A stretch of DNA of 64,000 nt from Vicugna vicugna (Eukaryota). The notes beneath the pieces were generated by a model. The model saw nothing but the letters and a program-made list of their open reading frames with translations. It had not been told where the DNA came from and did no database searches. Each line of letters begins with the position of its first letter. The first letter of the stretch is position 1. The DNA is taken from NCBI GenBank assembly GCA_013265495.1, contig MU058065.1:1772364-1836363 (forward strand), in the 5' to 3' direction. The translations under genes were made by a program, and so were the position numbers. Below, in pieces: positions 1 through 10,759 of this stretch.

Positions 1-39
1 TTCATATCCTTGTGAAACATAGAAAATAAAAGAATATAA

Positions 40-770
40 AGACCATCTGAAAATGTCCAGGGGAAACAGAAAAATTACATAGAAAGGAATGAAAATGAAA
101 TTTATAACATACTTACTAGCAATAGAGGCCAAAAGATAATAATAGAACAATGTATTCAAAATTCTAATTTTTTTGCCAAACAAATGAATTTCTCCTTATT
201 CAGAGAGTCCATACAAATACTTCACATGGGCAATGTTACTGGAGAAATAAAAGTTGAATCAACACGGAGAACGAATACTGCCCATACTTCTTCATGGGGT
301 GATGGGTGTTATTCAAGCCATAATGTTTGCACTCTCAGGGTCCATCGATGACAATCAACATAGAGATGAAATAGAAGCAAACAGGAGAAAGAAAATACCC
401 AGGGCGTTGAGATCATGATGCCTGCATCTCTCTGCTGCAGCGTTCAGAACCATCCCATGGTCTTATAGTTGATAGATAGTGTTTTGGAAAAAAAAATCAG
501 TGACACACAATTGTGACTGGTAATTTTCAGGAGGCCTTACACAGACTATAGAATTTTTGTATATTGAAGTATAGTCAGTTTACACTGTTGTGTCAATCTC
601 TGGTGTGCAGCATAACGTTTCAGTCATACTATACATACATATATTCCTTTTCATATTCTTTTTCATTATAGGTTACTACAAGATATTGAATAGAGTTCAG
701 ACTATAGGATTCTGTAGCCAGCTAAACCCTCATTCACAAGCAAGGACAAAATAAAAGCATATCTAGTTAT
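40..770 (+). mobile_element. Old degenerate L1 ORF1 C-terminal fragment, interrupted by later insertions
   Basis: A-rich segments resembling the L1 ORF1 end (aatagaggccaaaagataa...ttcaaaattct; attctgtagccagctaaac...aaaataaaagc), separated by inserts. Confidence 0.4.
552..697 (-). mobile_element. Short 5'-truncated L1 3' end (artiodactyl/camelid type) with TSD
   Basis: tattgaagtatagtcagtttacactg...ggttactacaagatattgaata is the reverse complement of an L1 3' terminus. Flanked by direct repeat cagactatag (542-551 and 698-707). Confidence 0.85.
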
Positions 771-819
771 ACATACATAGTTTATACACCCGTAGATCCG
801 CATTAAAAGAATTGGTAAA

Positions 820-862
820 GACACAGCATTGTAAACTGACTATAACTCAATTAAAAAAAAAA
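820..862 (+). mobile_element. Ultra-short L1 3' end with poly(A) and TSD
   Basis: acacagcattgtaaactgactataactcaattaaaaaaaa, flanked by aaagaattggtaaa and aaagaattcgtaaa. Confidence 0.8.
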
Positions 863-1204
863 AGAATTCGTAAAAAAAATTTCTCTAAAGTAAGAGGAAA
901 GATTAACCCTGAAAAAAAAGAGTAATTTCAGAAAAATTTAAACTGTATTGTTAAATTTAATTGTCTTATAACTGCAAAAAAAATGTTCTTCAAAACCAAA
1001 TTTGAAATAACTATAACAAATAGGAAATGTTTAAATGAAAGTTAAAGACTGTTAGGTTTTTGTAGTGGTCAAGAAAGAGAAGAAAAAAATTGTGTAACTT
1101 TTCACATTATTAAAAAATATGTTGAAAAATCAATGCTAAATGTTAGAAGAAAAAAAAAACTGTCAATAGCTTGATTCCAAACCAGTAGAAGCATATTGAA
1201 ACTT

Positions 1205-1400
1205 CTTGAGCACTTACTACAGGTGAGCCACTGTTTGAAGGGTTTGATGCCATCCTCACAACCACCCTATGGCCGTCGTGACCATTTCCAACAGATCTGA
1301 GTCTAGGGCACAGAGAAGTTAAGTAACTGACCCAAGGTCACGTGGCTGGGAAGTGCTGGAGGCAAAATTCAAACCCAGAGGGTGGGCTTTCAGAGGCTGC
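1205..1400 (-). mobile_element. MIR SINE
   Basis: ttgagcacttac...cagagaagttaagtaactgacccaaggtcac...aaattcaaaccca matches the MIR core. Confidence 0.75.
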
Positions 1401-1579
1401 GTTCGTCAACATCTGTTACATAAAGTCAAGTTGATGAAACCATCTGACCACAATGGTAGAGGGGAGAATGGAAGCTGAGAAAAGAGAATGGCAAATAGAG
1501 AATACAAATAGACATACATCCAAAAAATCAACAATAGCAATAAGTGGAAATGGATTTTAGAAGTTTGTTATTTGGAAAA

Positions 1580-2105
1580 AGAAGCCAAAGTCTGCCCAGT
1601 AGCCTACAGAGCCCACTGGACGAGGCTCCCAGTTACCTTTCTGACACTTTCTGTTACTTTCTCCATTTCATATTCCATTCAAATGGCTCTAGCCTCCTTG
1701 ATGCCGTCAGACATGACATGAATACAGTTCTATCAGTGCCTTTGCTCCTTGCGTTCACCATGCCTGAAACACTGTTTTCTATCGATTTTCTCCCTTCCTT
1801 CCCCCAGGTCACCTTTAGAGTGATTTCTTTCCTACCTGCTCTGTTTTAAAATGAATTTAAATTGAACTCTCACTGCCCTCACCAGGCATTCTGGGCCCCT
1901 TTATTTTTCTCTACTGCTCTTTTCTTCTCTCACAGGCTTTACATTGTGCTTATTTATTATGCTTCTTTGCTGTCTTCCTGACCAGACTACATATTCCGTG
2001 AAGGTAAGGATTTCTGTCTCTTCTGTTCACTGACTATTGTGCACTGCTTTGAACAGGGCTTGGTACATGGTAAGAGGTAATAAACATTCATTGAATGAAT
2101 GAGGG
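1580..2105 (+). mobile_element. L2 3' fragment
   Basis: Pyrimidine-rich body ending ctgttcactg...ggcttggtacatggtaagagg-taataaacattcattgaatgaatga, typical of the L2 terminus. Confidence 0.7.
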
Positions 2106-4484
2106 AGGTGATAATAATAGAAATTACAAAATATTTACAGCTAAATATTAATGAAACTACTACATAACAATTCCTCTCTGCTGAGTCCCAGTATTTTCAG
2201 TTTCATGAAAATCCCCTTTGGAATTTATGAATCAACTGGGAAGAATTGACACCCTTCCTATATTTAATCTTTATTATGGTATTTACTCAGATCTACCTCT
2301 AAGTATTTCAGGAATGGTTTGTGGTTTCATCCGTTTAATCTTCACAATGACCCATTAAGATAATTATTCTTATGTTTCCTTTACTGAAAGGATGCAGGCT
2401 CAGAAAAGAGGAATAACTCGCTCTTGCAGCTGAAAGTTCACAGGGCCAGATGCTTCCAGGATGTCTTGCTGGAGGCTTAAACTTGGCCCTCAGTAAATGT
2501 TCATTAGAGCAAGTTGATCTTGGAAAGCCGTCTTGTTTTTCTGGTCCTTAGGTTCTCCTGGGAAGAAGGACTCTGCCTCCTAGAAGTCACATGCACTGGA
2601 ATCCAAGAAAACTTACCCATTCCCTCTAACTTATTTTGCTGGATCTGCACAGTATATTTGAAAGATTGAATTAGTTGCCCAGCTTTAAATGTGTGATGAT
2701 CGCTCATAAAATCTGGATTCCAACTTTTTTTGGACATTCTAAAGAACCAGAAACACTAGAGCTGCATTTTTTCATGGCAACTAATGGCAGGAGCTGAGTA
2801 GTTGTTGAACTCAGCCTAGCATTCATTTGCTTTACCTGCTTTTATTTTATGAGTAAGATTTAAACAATGAGTTAGTGACAGAACAAAAGTTAGGACCTTA
2901 GGAACCCGGGATCTCTGCCCCATCCACTGTATCAGTTTAAATTTTTTGCATGTGTGCCAGTTTCAGGGAAGCCTTGGAATCCTCATTCTCATTGGAAACT
3001 CACCGCAGGCCAGTGGTAGTCTATCAGACAGCAGATTTTCCTTCCCGTATCCGTTTCCATGAAAGTCTCTTTGTGCACCCGAAGCTAGTCAAGCCAAGAT
3101 CATCTCACATCTGGCTGAACAGGGAGGCGGCTAATCTCTTCCATGTGAGTTCACCCAGGATACTCTTAAACATCCCTCTCACAGGCTTATCAGCATTTCA
3201 TGGGTGCTGTGCCCGTCAAAAACTTCTCATCCCCTCCTTCCTTTCCACATGACTGCTCTGCCACTGCATGGTACTCAAATGTCAAAAAGACGGTGAGATG
3301 GCAGACTGTCAAATCTGCTCCTGAGTCTGAGCTCATTGCAACACCAAATGCTTCCAGTCACCTGGGAAATCACTCTGACAATCGCTACATATCGAGTTCA
3401 AGGTCAAAGTGAATTCTCAGCAAATGCTGCAAAAGTAGGCTTTCTGAGCATCTGTTTAAATAATTCATAACAACAGGGTGTATGCTGGCTTGAAAAGTGA
3501 GACATAAGATTTCATGTAAGTGACATTTTTCTATTATGTCTTAGAGGGTAAGGCAACTGGGTACCTCCCCACAGGACATGTGGTCGAGTGGTGATGATGC
3601 AGTCAAAATCCCTGGATTTTAGTCTAACCTTGCCCATCCTCTGTCATGGACTAAAACTGAAGGTTCTGACAGATAAGGAAGCCACATGTCAACCCTACAC
3701 ATCATATTTTAGCAAGACATCATTTTATGTCCAGAAAAAGGACATGCTGTGTCATCATCTATTTGAAGAGAATGGAAGGAAGGCACTTGGTGCCACCTCT
3801 CCATTCTCTGGAAAGCAGACATGCTAATGCAGTTCATCTTCCTTTTTAGACTTAGATGTGGGAAGAACCAAAGACTTACTTCATTCCCACAGTGTCAACT
3901 CATGCTGGAGGCCGGAGTCATGAGGTTTCCTAGAGGACGTAGAAGATGAGGGAATTAGCTATGTGGATATCTAGGGGGAAATTTATTCAATCACAGGGGC
4001 AGCTGGGACCAGTGTCCCAAGGAAGGAATGTGCCTGGAATGTTTATGGACTAAAAAGGCCAGTGTGACTAGGGTAGAACAGAGTGGCAGAGCAAAGGAGC
4101 GAATTTCTTATTCATTTTCTTGAGTTTTCTGGATATACAATCAAATTGTTTGTAAATGAGGATAACTATTTTGTCAGTTTCAACAGTTATACAAGTGATT
4201 TTTATCTCCTGCTTTGTTGCACTGAATACAATTTCAAGAATGATTTTTTTACTGCCTGCTTATGAAATATTTTTTACAGAAGCTGTGACAGTATACTCAA
4301 GGCTAATCAGATGCCTTCAGGAGAATGTATTTAGACCTGGACATCCTCGTTCAAGAGGCCTTATGACAAATGGAAACGTGTTCAAAAAACAGTGGCCATG
4401 ATGAACTCACAGTCCATGAACCCACATTAGATGACAAACAGTTGGAAAAACTGTGGTGTTCCTCTGGCGCATAGAGATTTCTAT

Positions 4485-4615
4485 TTTGTAGTAACCTATA
4501 ATGAAAAAGAATATGAAAATGAGTATCTGTATGTATATGCATGACTGAACTATTATGCTGTACACCAGAAATTGAAACAACATTGTAAACTGACTATACT
4601 TCAATTAAAAAAATA
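4485..4615 (+). mobile_element. L1 3' end fragment with A-tail
   Basis: gtagtaacctataatgaaaaagaatatgaa...cattgtaaactgactatacttcaattaaaaaaa; same family as 552-697. Confidence 0.85.
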
Positions 4616-6183
4616 TTTTTAAAGAATAGAGTGAAACAAGAATTTTCATTCAAACAAGGATAGACTTGTTACATAAACTCCCCAAAGAGATGAACTTGGA
4701 AAAAGCTACATGGAGGGCAATTTTTGGGCAATGTAAGTAATTTCAATTAAAAAAATTGCAGTATACTTTGGTAGGAATGGGACGATCCTATAGGGGAAAT
4801 ACTTAAATATAGAGTCAATAATCCATTATAAAGATGCTGTGGAATAGATTTGAATATCTGATAGGTGGTCAGACTGGATGACTTTTAAGATCCATTTTAT
4901 TCCCTGTTGCTTATTTCCACAACCACCTCTACAGCATCTAGCATGCCTGGCACACAAATGTTTACTGGGATTCGTTTGAATACAAGTGTAAGCAGCATAT
5001 CAAAGCAGCCTCATTGTTATTTTAGACTGACTTGTTAGTAAGCGTATCCTAAAACTCAAGTACATATAATAAATGTGTGCGAACGAAAAAAGAATAATAC
5101 TTTCCCCAGTCACTCCTACCTACAGCCTTGGGTCAATCAACAAATATTTATTAAGACAGGCCCAAAACAGTCAATGTACATAGAAAACAAAAGTAAACAA
5201 ATGTGCAGGGAAAACATGAAAAGTTTTCTAATGATTTTTACCCTGTTGTAAAAGAGCACTTATGTTTAAACATTCATTGAATTTCCATACGGATACTGCT
5301 ATCAGAGCACATGTGCTATTTAATATTCATATTTTTCATTTCCAGAAAAGAAACCTCTTTAGGAAATAGGTAATGAAAGCTTAACTAATGAAAGGTTAAC
5401 TATTGCATGTTCTTCTCATTCAAGATTAATGCTTTACCTGTATCTTCTTGCGTTCCCAAAATAGCCCTGGGCAAATACTGTGAAACCAAAGAACAGGAAA
5501 AATGCCTGTAAGATAGAAACCTACCGAAAACTAATTACATGGTCCTTGACATTATCTTGAGGGATTTAGGTATAATTATCAATATCTTATTTAAATAATC
5601 TCACTGCAATTCATATGACTTCCTATGTTGGTTATCCTTAATCATCAGGTGTCAAAATTAATAATTTACCCCAAAAGTACAGAATTATTATCTACTTTAC
5701 AGAGAAGACAAGGTATAATTCTTATGTGCCAGTTTTGATGTGCTCATGACAGTTAGTGATTCTATGAAATATTTGACCCCAGAAGTAGCAACAGAGAAAA
5801 AAACTGTATGGCTGGTAAGATGGTGAGTTCATGACAGAAACAAGAAACTCTGTTCCTCATTGGAAATTTTTGGATCATTCTCTTCTCTTTGGACACAAAG
5901 CAATATTCTATAGCTGTGGATTGACATGAAATGAAAGCTACAAAGAAAAGCTCTGTTCTGAAAAACAAAACCCAGAATGAATAAGTCATGGAGATCCTTT
6001 ACTGCCCTTGACAGGCTAACTCCCCAGGTGCTGAAAGATGGCAGAGAAGAATGATATCTATTGTTCAGGACAATTTATGGGAGGGATCAACCTGTCCCAC
6101 TGAGTAGAGTGCACATTTGGTTCATGAGCAAACATTGGCCTGTCTCCCCAAAGAAGCAAACCAGAGCAACTTGAAAAGAGGCA

Positions 6184-6445
6184 ATGGAAGCGAATATCCA
6201 GCTCATGAGAGTCATCCAGGAAATGCGGGCGGAGATCCACGAGCTGGAGAAGGAGAATCAAGCCCTCCGGAGGAGGCTGACTTCAAGTGGTCAGAGAACC
6301 CCAGGCTCAGGGGAAGAATCCGGAGATGAAAAGGAAGAGGAAGTCACAGACCTTGGTAACCCTGGAAAAGCGCCTGGACAACCTCCAGCAGCCCATCATG
6401 GTGGTGTTTCCACTGATTCGGCCCCAGCTGTGAGGGAACACCCAG
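6184..6445 (+). CDS. CCDC195: CCDC195 coding exon 1 (N-terminal coiled coil plus acidic/Gly-Pro linker)
   Basis: ATG in strong Kozak context (gcaATGG). Encodes MEANIQLMRVIQEMRAEIHELEKENQALRRRL...AVREHP, matching my recollection of human CCDC195 (MEADIQLMRLIQEMRAEIHKLEKENQALR...). Phase-1 donor CCAG|GTACTG at 6445/6446. Confidence 0.92.
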
Positions 6446-6684
6446 GTACTGAACGTCCATGGCTCTTTCACCTTTGCAAGTTTCTCCTAAATACTACGTT
6501 TATTGTGCCTTTCACATAACTGCCTAATTTGGTATTAACAGTGGTGAGTTCGACCGTTCTCTCCTGCTAGATTAGTTTTGACTCCCCAGGCAAAAATTTC
6601 ATTAGCATCCTCAAGCAACATATTTTAGCAACATTAAAAATATATATCCAGATATTCTTGGAAAGATAAGAATGAGAGATTTGT

Positions 6685-6831
6685 AGTCAGGAGTCGGGGT
6701 GGATATAGCTCAATGGTAGAGTGCACTCTTAGCATGCATAAGGTCCTGGGTTCAATTCCCAGTACCTTTGTTAATAAATAACATAAACAAACAAACCTAA
6801 TTATTTTCCCCTACAAAAAAATTTTTAAAAT
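6685..6831 (+). mobile_element. tRNA-Ala-derived SINE (camelid Vic-1-like) with 14-bp TSD
   Basis: A box tatagctcaatggtagag, ttAGCat anticodon loop, B box gggttcaattccc, AT-rich tail. Perfect TSD aatgagagatttgt at 6671-6684 and 6832-6845. Confidence 0.9.
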
Positions 6832-7109
6832 AATGAGAGATTTGTGTAAATTGGGCATATTTTTAAAATGGGTTTTTTTTTCTTTCTTGACTTCAAGCAT
6901 TTAAATGCTACATAATAGAACATTGAATGGGTATGTGTCAAATGGCATGCCCACTTATTATGCTAGAACAAGGTAATTAAGTGTATGATTATCGGAGTCA
7001 GGTCAATATGGTTGCCAAAGATTTGACACCCACTAGCCACTTGACTTCGAGCTAGTTGTGAGAAATGTTTAACCCACATTTTCTTCATCTGAAAGTGTCA
7101 CGGTACCTA

Positions 7110-7203
7110 TCCCCTCTCCCTCTGGTCATGACCATCAAAAATGTCTTCAGGCATTCCAGAAGTCACCTGGAGGGCAAAATTTTTTCTCATTGAAAACCAC
7201 TGT
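7110..7203 (+). mobile_element. MER20 (hAT-Charlie) partial
   Basis: gaccatcaaaaatgtcttcaggcattcc...gggcaaaat...ttgaaaaccactg resembles the MER20 end. Confidence 0.6.
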
Positions 7204-8185
7204 CTTACTCCAAAGGTAGACAACACTTCTTCAAATCTATTTTCCATGATGCTTATCTCAGTGGGAAAGTAAGTTGGGTCGTAGTATATCTTGTGCTATT
7301 CCAGAACAAACATTACACTGTTCGAAGTACAAAGAGAATTACCCTGTAAACTCTCAGGGTCTGAAGCCCGCACCCTTAGAGGTGGTTAGAATATTATTAA
7401 GGGCTAAACGCACAATTGATATCATACTTGTTCAGTATATGAATAGAGTGACCGCCAATAAGAATTTAAGAATTAAGTTTGGAAAGGACTAGTGAAAAAC
7501 AGTTGGTGAAATTTTGGGAACTCTTGCCAGTTGCACCAATAAAACACAGAAAGAAATGTGATTCACATTTGTGCTTGGAAGCTCAGTTGAATCACTGCAA
7601 GTGATATTTATGTGTGTCTTATGAGTGATGTTTTATTATGAAAGTAAGTGATGTAAGTAGAAGAAACATTGGCCTGAGCATGAAGACACCTGGGCTGCAG
7701 CCCCAGTTTTCTAACAGTTGGTCAAAGCTGGGTAGGTCACGTAAAATTCCTGATCTTAGCGTTCTCACACAAAACTAAATGGACTGGATTAAGCGTCTCC
7801 CAAGTCCTATTTCAACTGTGATTCTGTGAATGTACCGTGCTTTTACAATCACTCTCCTCATCTGTAAAATGGAGATATTGATAGAATCTGTGTCATAGGC
7901 CGGTTGAAAAGATTAAATGAGATATCACAAGTAAGGCTCAACATGAGTTACTTAGTAGTTGTCTTACTTTCATTGGCTATGTCAGAAAAATATTCTTTGA
8001 CTTAAATATTAAGTATTTTATTAGCAGTTTTAGTAAGATACTGCCAATATCAATGAAAATTCATCCTTGCAACTGAATTGTAGAAATGTGCTGCTGGAGA
8101 GAAGCTCTGGAGATCCTCCCCTTATTTTACCATTGAGGATGTAAGACAAGATAAACTGACTGGTCCGATCCTTTCCTGAAAACAA

Positions 8186-8330
8186 GGAGGAGGGTATAGT
8201 TTGAATGCTAGAGCGCATGCTTAGCATGCAAGAGGTCCTGGGTTCAATCCCCAGTGCCTCCTCTAAAAGATATATAAGTAAACCTAATTACCTCCCCCCA
8301 CAAAAAAAAATTTTTTTAATTAAGGAAAAA
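8186..8330 (+). mobile_element. tRNA-Ala-derived SINE (Vic-1-like)
   Basis: ggaggagggtatag...gagcgcatgcttagcatgcaagaggtcctgggttcaatccccag...aacctaattacctcccccc plus A-tail. TSD gaaaacaa at 8178-8185 and 8331-8338. Confidence 0.9.
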
Positions 8331-9007
8331 GAAAACAAAATAATATAAACCTATTCTCTGAGAAGGAACAATGTGAAATCAGAAATGTGTCTCACATTAA
8401 GAAAAGGAACATTAAAGAGGACATGGAAGCAAATCACTTGGAACTAAATCTTCATGGAAGCGCCTATAACAGTGTGCAAACATTTGACAGATTATGAAAT
8501 CCAGTCTCTCCATTTTGAGGATGTTGCCCTCACGGCGCCTGCCCTTGGCAATCTTATCTTGGGACTATGAGGGAAGCGGTCATTTGCTACAAAGAAAAGG
8601 CAAGAAACAACTCTTTCCAGGGAAGCTCCGGCATCGCTGGATTCTCTTCAATCTGCTCATATCCTTTGCTGGCAAATAAACAGCATTTGACGGGGATCTC
8701 TGAAATTGGGCTAACGAACCCGTGTTGTTATGTTACATATTCTTTCCTTTTGATTGACAAGAAACTAAAGGATACAGGCTACTTGTGACCCAGGGACCTA
8801 AACAAAGAGCCTATTTGCTGATCAGTCAAACTGGAGTGTAGGTCCAAAATCAGAATTAACTTAACTTTGCTGTCATCAGTATAATTGCCACTGTTGCTTT
8901 TCCTACAATTCAGTATAAAGAGATTGCTTTATAATCCTTTTAAACTGAAACTTCTATGTTTGTGAACAATCGTCATACCCCTGTTTTTAGATAATTATAA
9001 GAGTGAT

Positions 9008-9135
9008 GGGGGAAGGGAAATAGTTAAGTGGTAGAGCACATGCTTAGCATACACAAGGTCCTGGGTTCAATCCCCAGTACCTCTGTTCAAAAAATAAACA
9101 AATAAGTAAAAAATAATAAATACATTTTTTAAAAA
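9008..9135 (+). mobile_element. tRNA-Ala-derived SINE (Vic-1-like)
   Basis: gtggtagagcacatgcttagcatacacaaggtcctgggttcaatccccagtacctc plus A-rich tail. Imperfect TSD aagagtgat/aagagtaat. Confidence 0.88.
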
Positions 9136-10069
9136 AGAGTAATAGATTATAGCCAAAGGAAGTGTTTAAAGATAATTTATGAATAGTATTTGCAGTTAAT
9201 TACTTCAGATAGATTTGCACTTAAACTGCCCACAAACTCTTGCCTAAAATGTGACCTTCTGCTCTTCCAAACTATAAAAAGCCAGGGCAGCCTCCACATT
9301 CTGTAATGGCCATATGATTGGCTGTGTTCTGCAAACATGGGTGGCAAAGTTAAATAAGAGAAAATTGTGCATCTAGCACTCTCAGAACCTAAACACAAGG
9401 CTTTCTTATACTTTCATGCTAGTTAATGGCAAAGCTGTGATGAGATAGAATAAAGATTCAACAGACGTTCATGAAGTGCCCCAGAAAACGGAAATCAGCC
9501 CACGAGGTCAGCGTCATCACCCCCGGGGTAATAGCTAGACGTCTAAGTGGAGGTTGAAGAACAGGCCCCAGGTCAGCTAGCGCAGAGTTAGAAGTGAGAT
9601 CCAGACAAGCCAAGACTCCCTAAAAGAAAGCTCTTTTAATCCAAGTGCTTTCACAGCAAGGAACAGTGATTTGATTTACCTTGAGAAAAGAGTTTATTAG
9701 AAGACACTTATGGACGGAAATTGAATTGGAAGCCCTCAGAAGCTAAAGCCATACACCTCTCCGTCTCTCCCAGGAGAACACCTGTCTCCTACACAAGGCA
9801 TCTTTACTTCTTTCCATGTGTCTGCCTGGCTTTCATCCCTCATTCAACAGGCTTCCTCATATTGACTGTCCCAGCTTAAGCCAACGCACACAGTTTAGGC
9901 TGGTTGGTAGCAGCCAGTTCAATTATTTGTGGTCATGCAGTTCATGAGGAACTGTGGATAAGCACATTCTTCTAGACTGAGCAGTGAGGAAGCAGCCCAG
10001 AGCTGGCATCTCTAGAAGATTCATGTCCTTCCCATTTTAAAATCATGTTTTATTATCTCTATATATTCA

Positions 10070-10378
10070 GGTCTCTTTTCATATTCTGTGTTCTCAGAAA
10101 GATCTCCCCTGATCACACTATTTAAATCGCCTCCAGATCCCCTCCTTCATCTGCTTCTATATCTTTCCCCTCATCAGTCTCATTTGTCTTCCTAGAATCT
10201 ATCACTATCTGAATTTTATTATATATTGTTTGTTTATCATCTTTCAGCCACACAGGAAGATAAGCTCTATGCAGGTAAGAGTTTTGTGTCATTCACTCCC
10301 ACACCCTCATCTCTTAAAAAAGGTGCCTGGTTCATAGCTGGCACTCAATTATTTGCAAAATAAATCAGTGAATGAGTG
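10070..10378 (+). mobile_element. L2 3' fragment
   Basis: ggtgcctggttcatagctggcactcaattatttg...gtgaatgagtg terminus. Confidence 0.6.
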
Positions 10379-10512
10379 TCTTTTATGCAAATAAAATGTC
10401 ATCAAAACCAATAGTTTAATTAGTTTCAATAGAGTATTATCAACACAATTCCCATGTGTGGGTGTCCTTAAGGGTAGAATTTTTAAACTTGAATTTTGTG
10501 TCTCCTGCACAG

Positions 10513-10759
10513 GTAATGTCATGATTGTGAGACGTTATTCCATTTCCTCACTAAGTCATTCATTAGCTGCAAATGATCCGTGGAAAGCTGGGAAGAAACT
10601 TCCAAATTGTGAAACTGTAGAAGCACAAGGAATAGTGGAATCATCAGCATGTTCTTCAATTAAGAAGCAAGACAATGAAGAAAAAATGTTTGCCCCAGAT
10701 TCTTTTACCAGCAGTAGTTCCAGCCAAAGAGCCTTTCCCGAGCATGTCTTTGGTTTCAG
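10513..10759 (+). CDS. CCDC195: CCDC195 coding exon 2
   Basis: Acceptor tgtgtctcctgcacAG|; continues in frame as GNVMIVRRYSISS...RAFPEHVFGFR; phase-2 donor TTCAG|GTGATG; 247 nt. Confidence 0.92.

Noticed and set aside
6446..6519. C-terminal part of the 111-aa ORF as the true protein end
   Set aside because: Intronic read-through past the donor; homology continues in exon 2.
6696..6766. tRNA-Ala(AGC)-like sequences (also near 8190 and 9010) as real tRNA genes
   Set aside because: Stems are mismatched, and they have SINE-type tails and TSDs, so they are SINEs.
10458..10512. N-terminal extension of ORF 10458-10763
   Set aside because: GTG-started and covers the intron's acceptor region.
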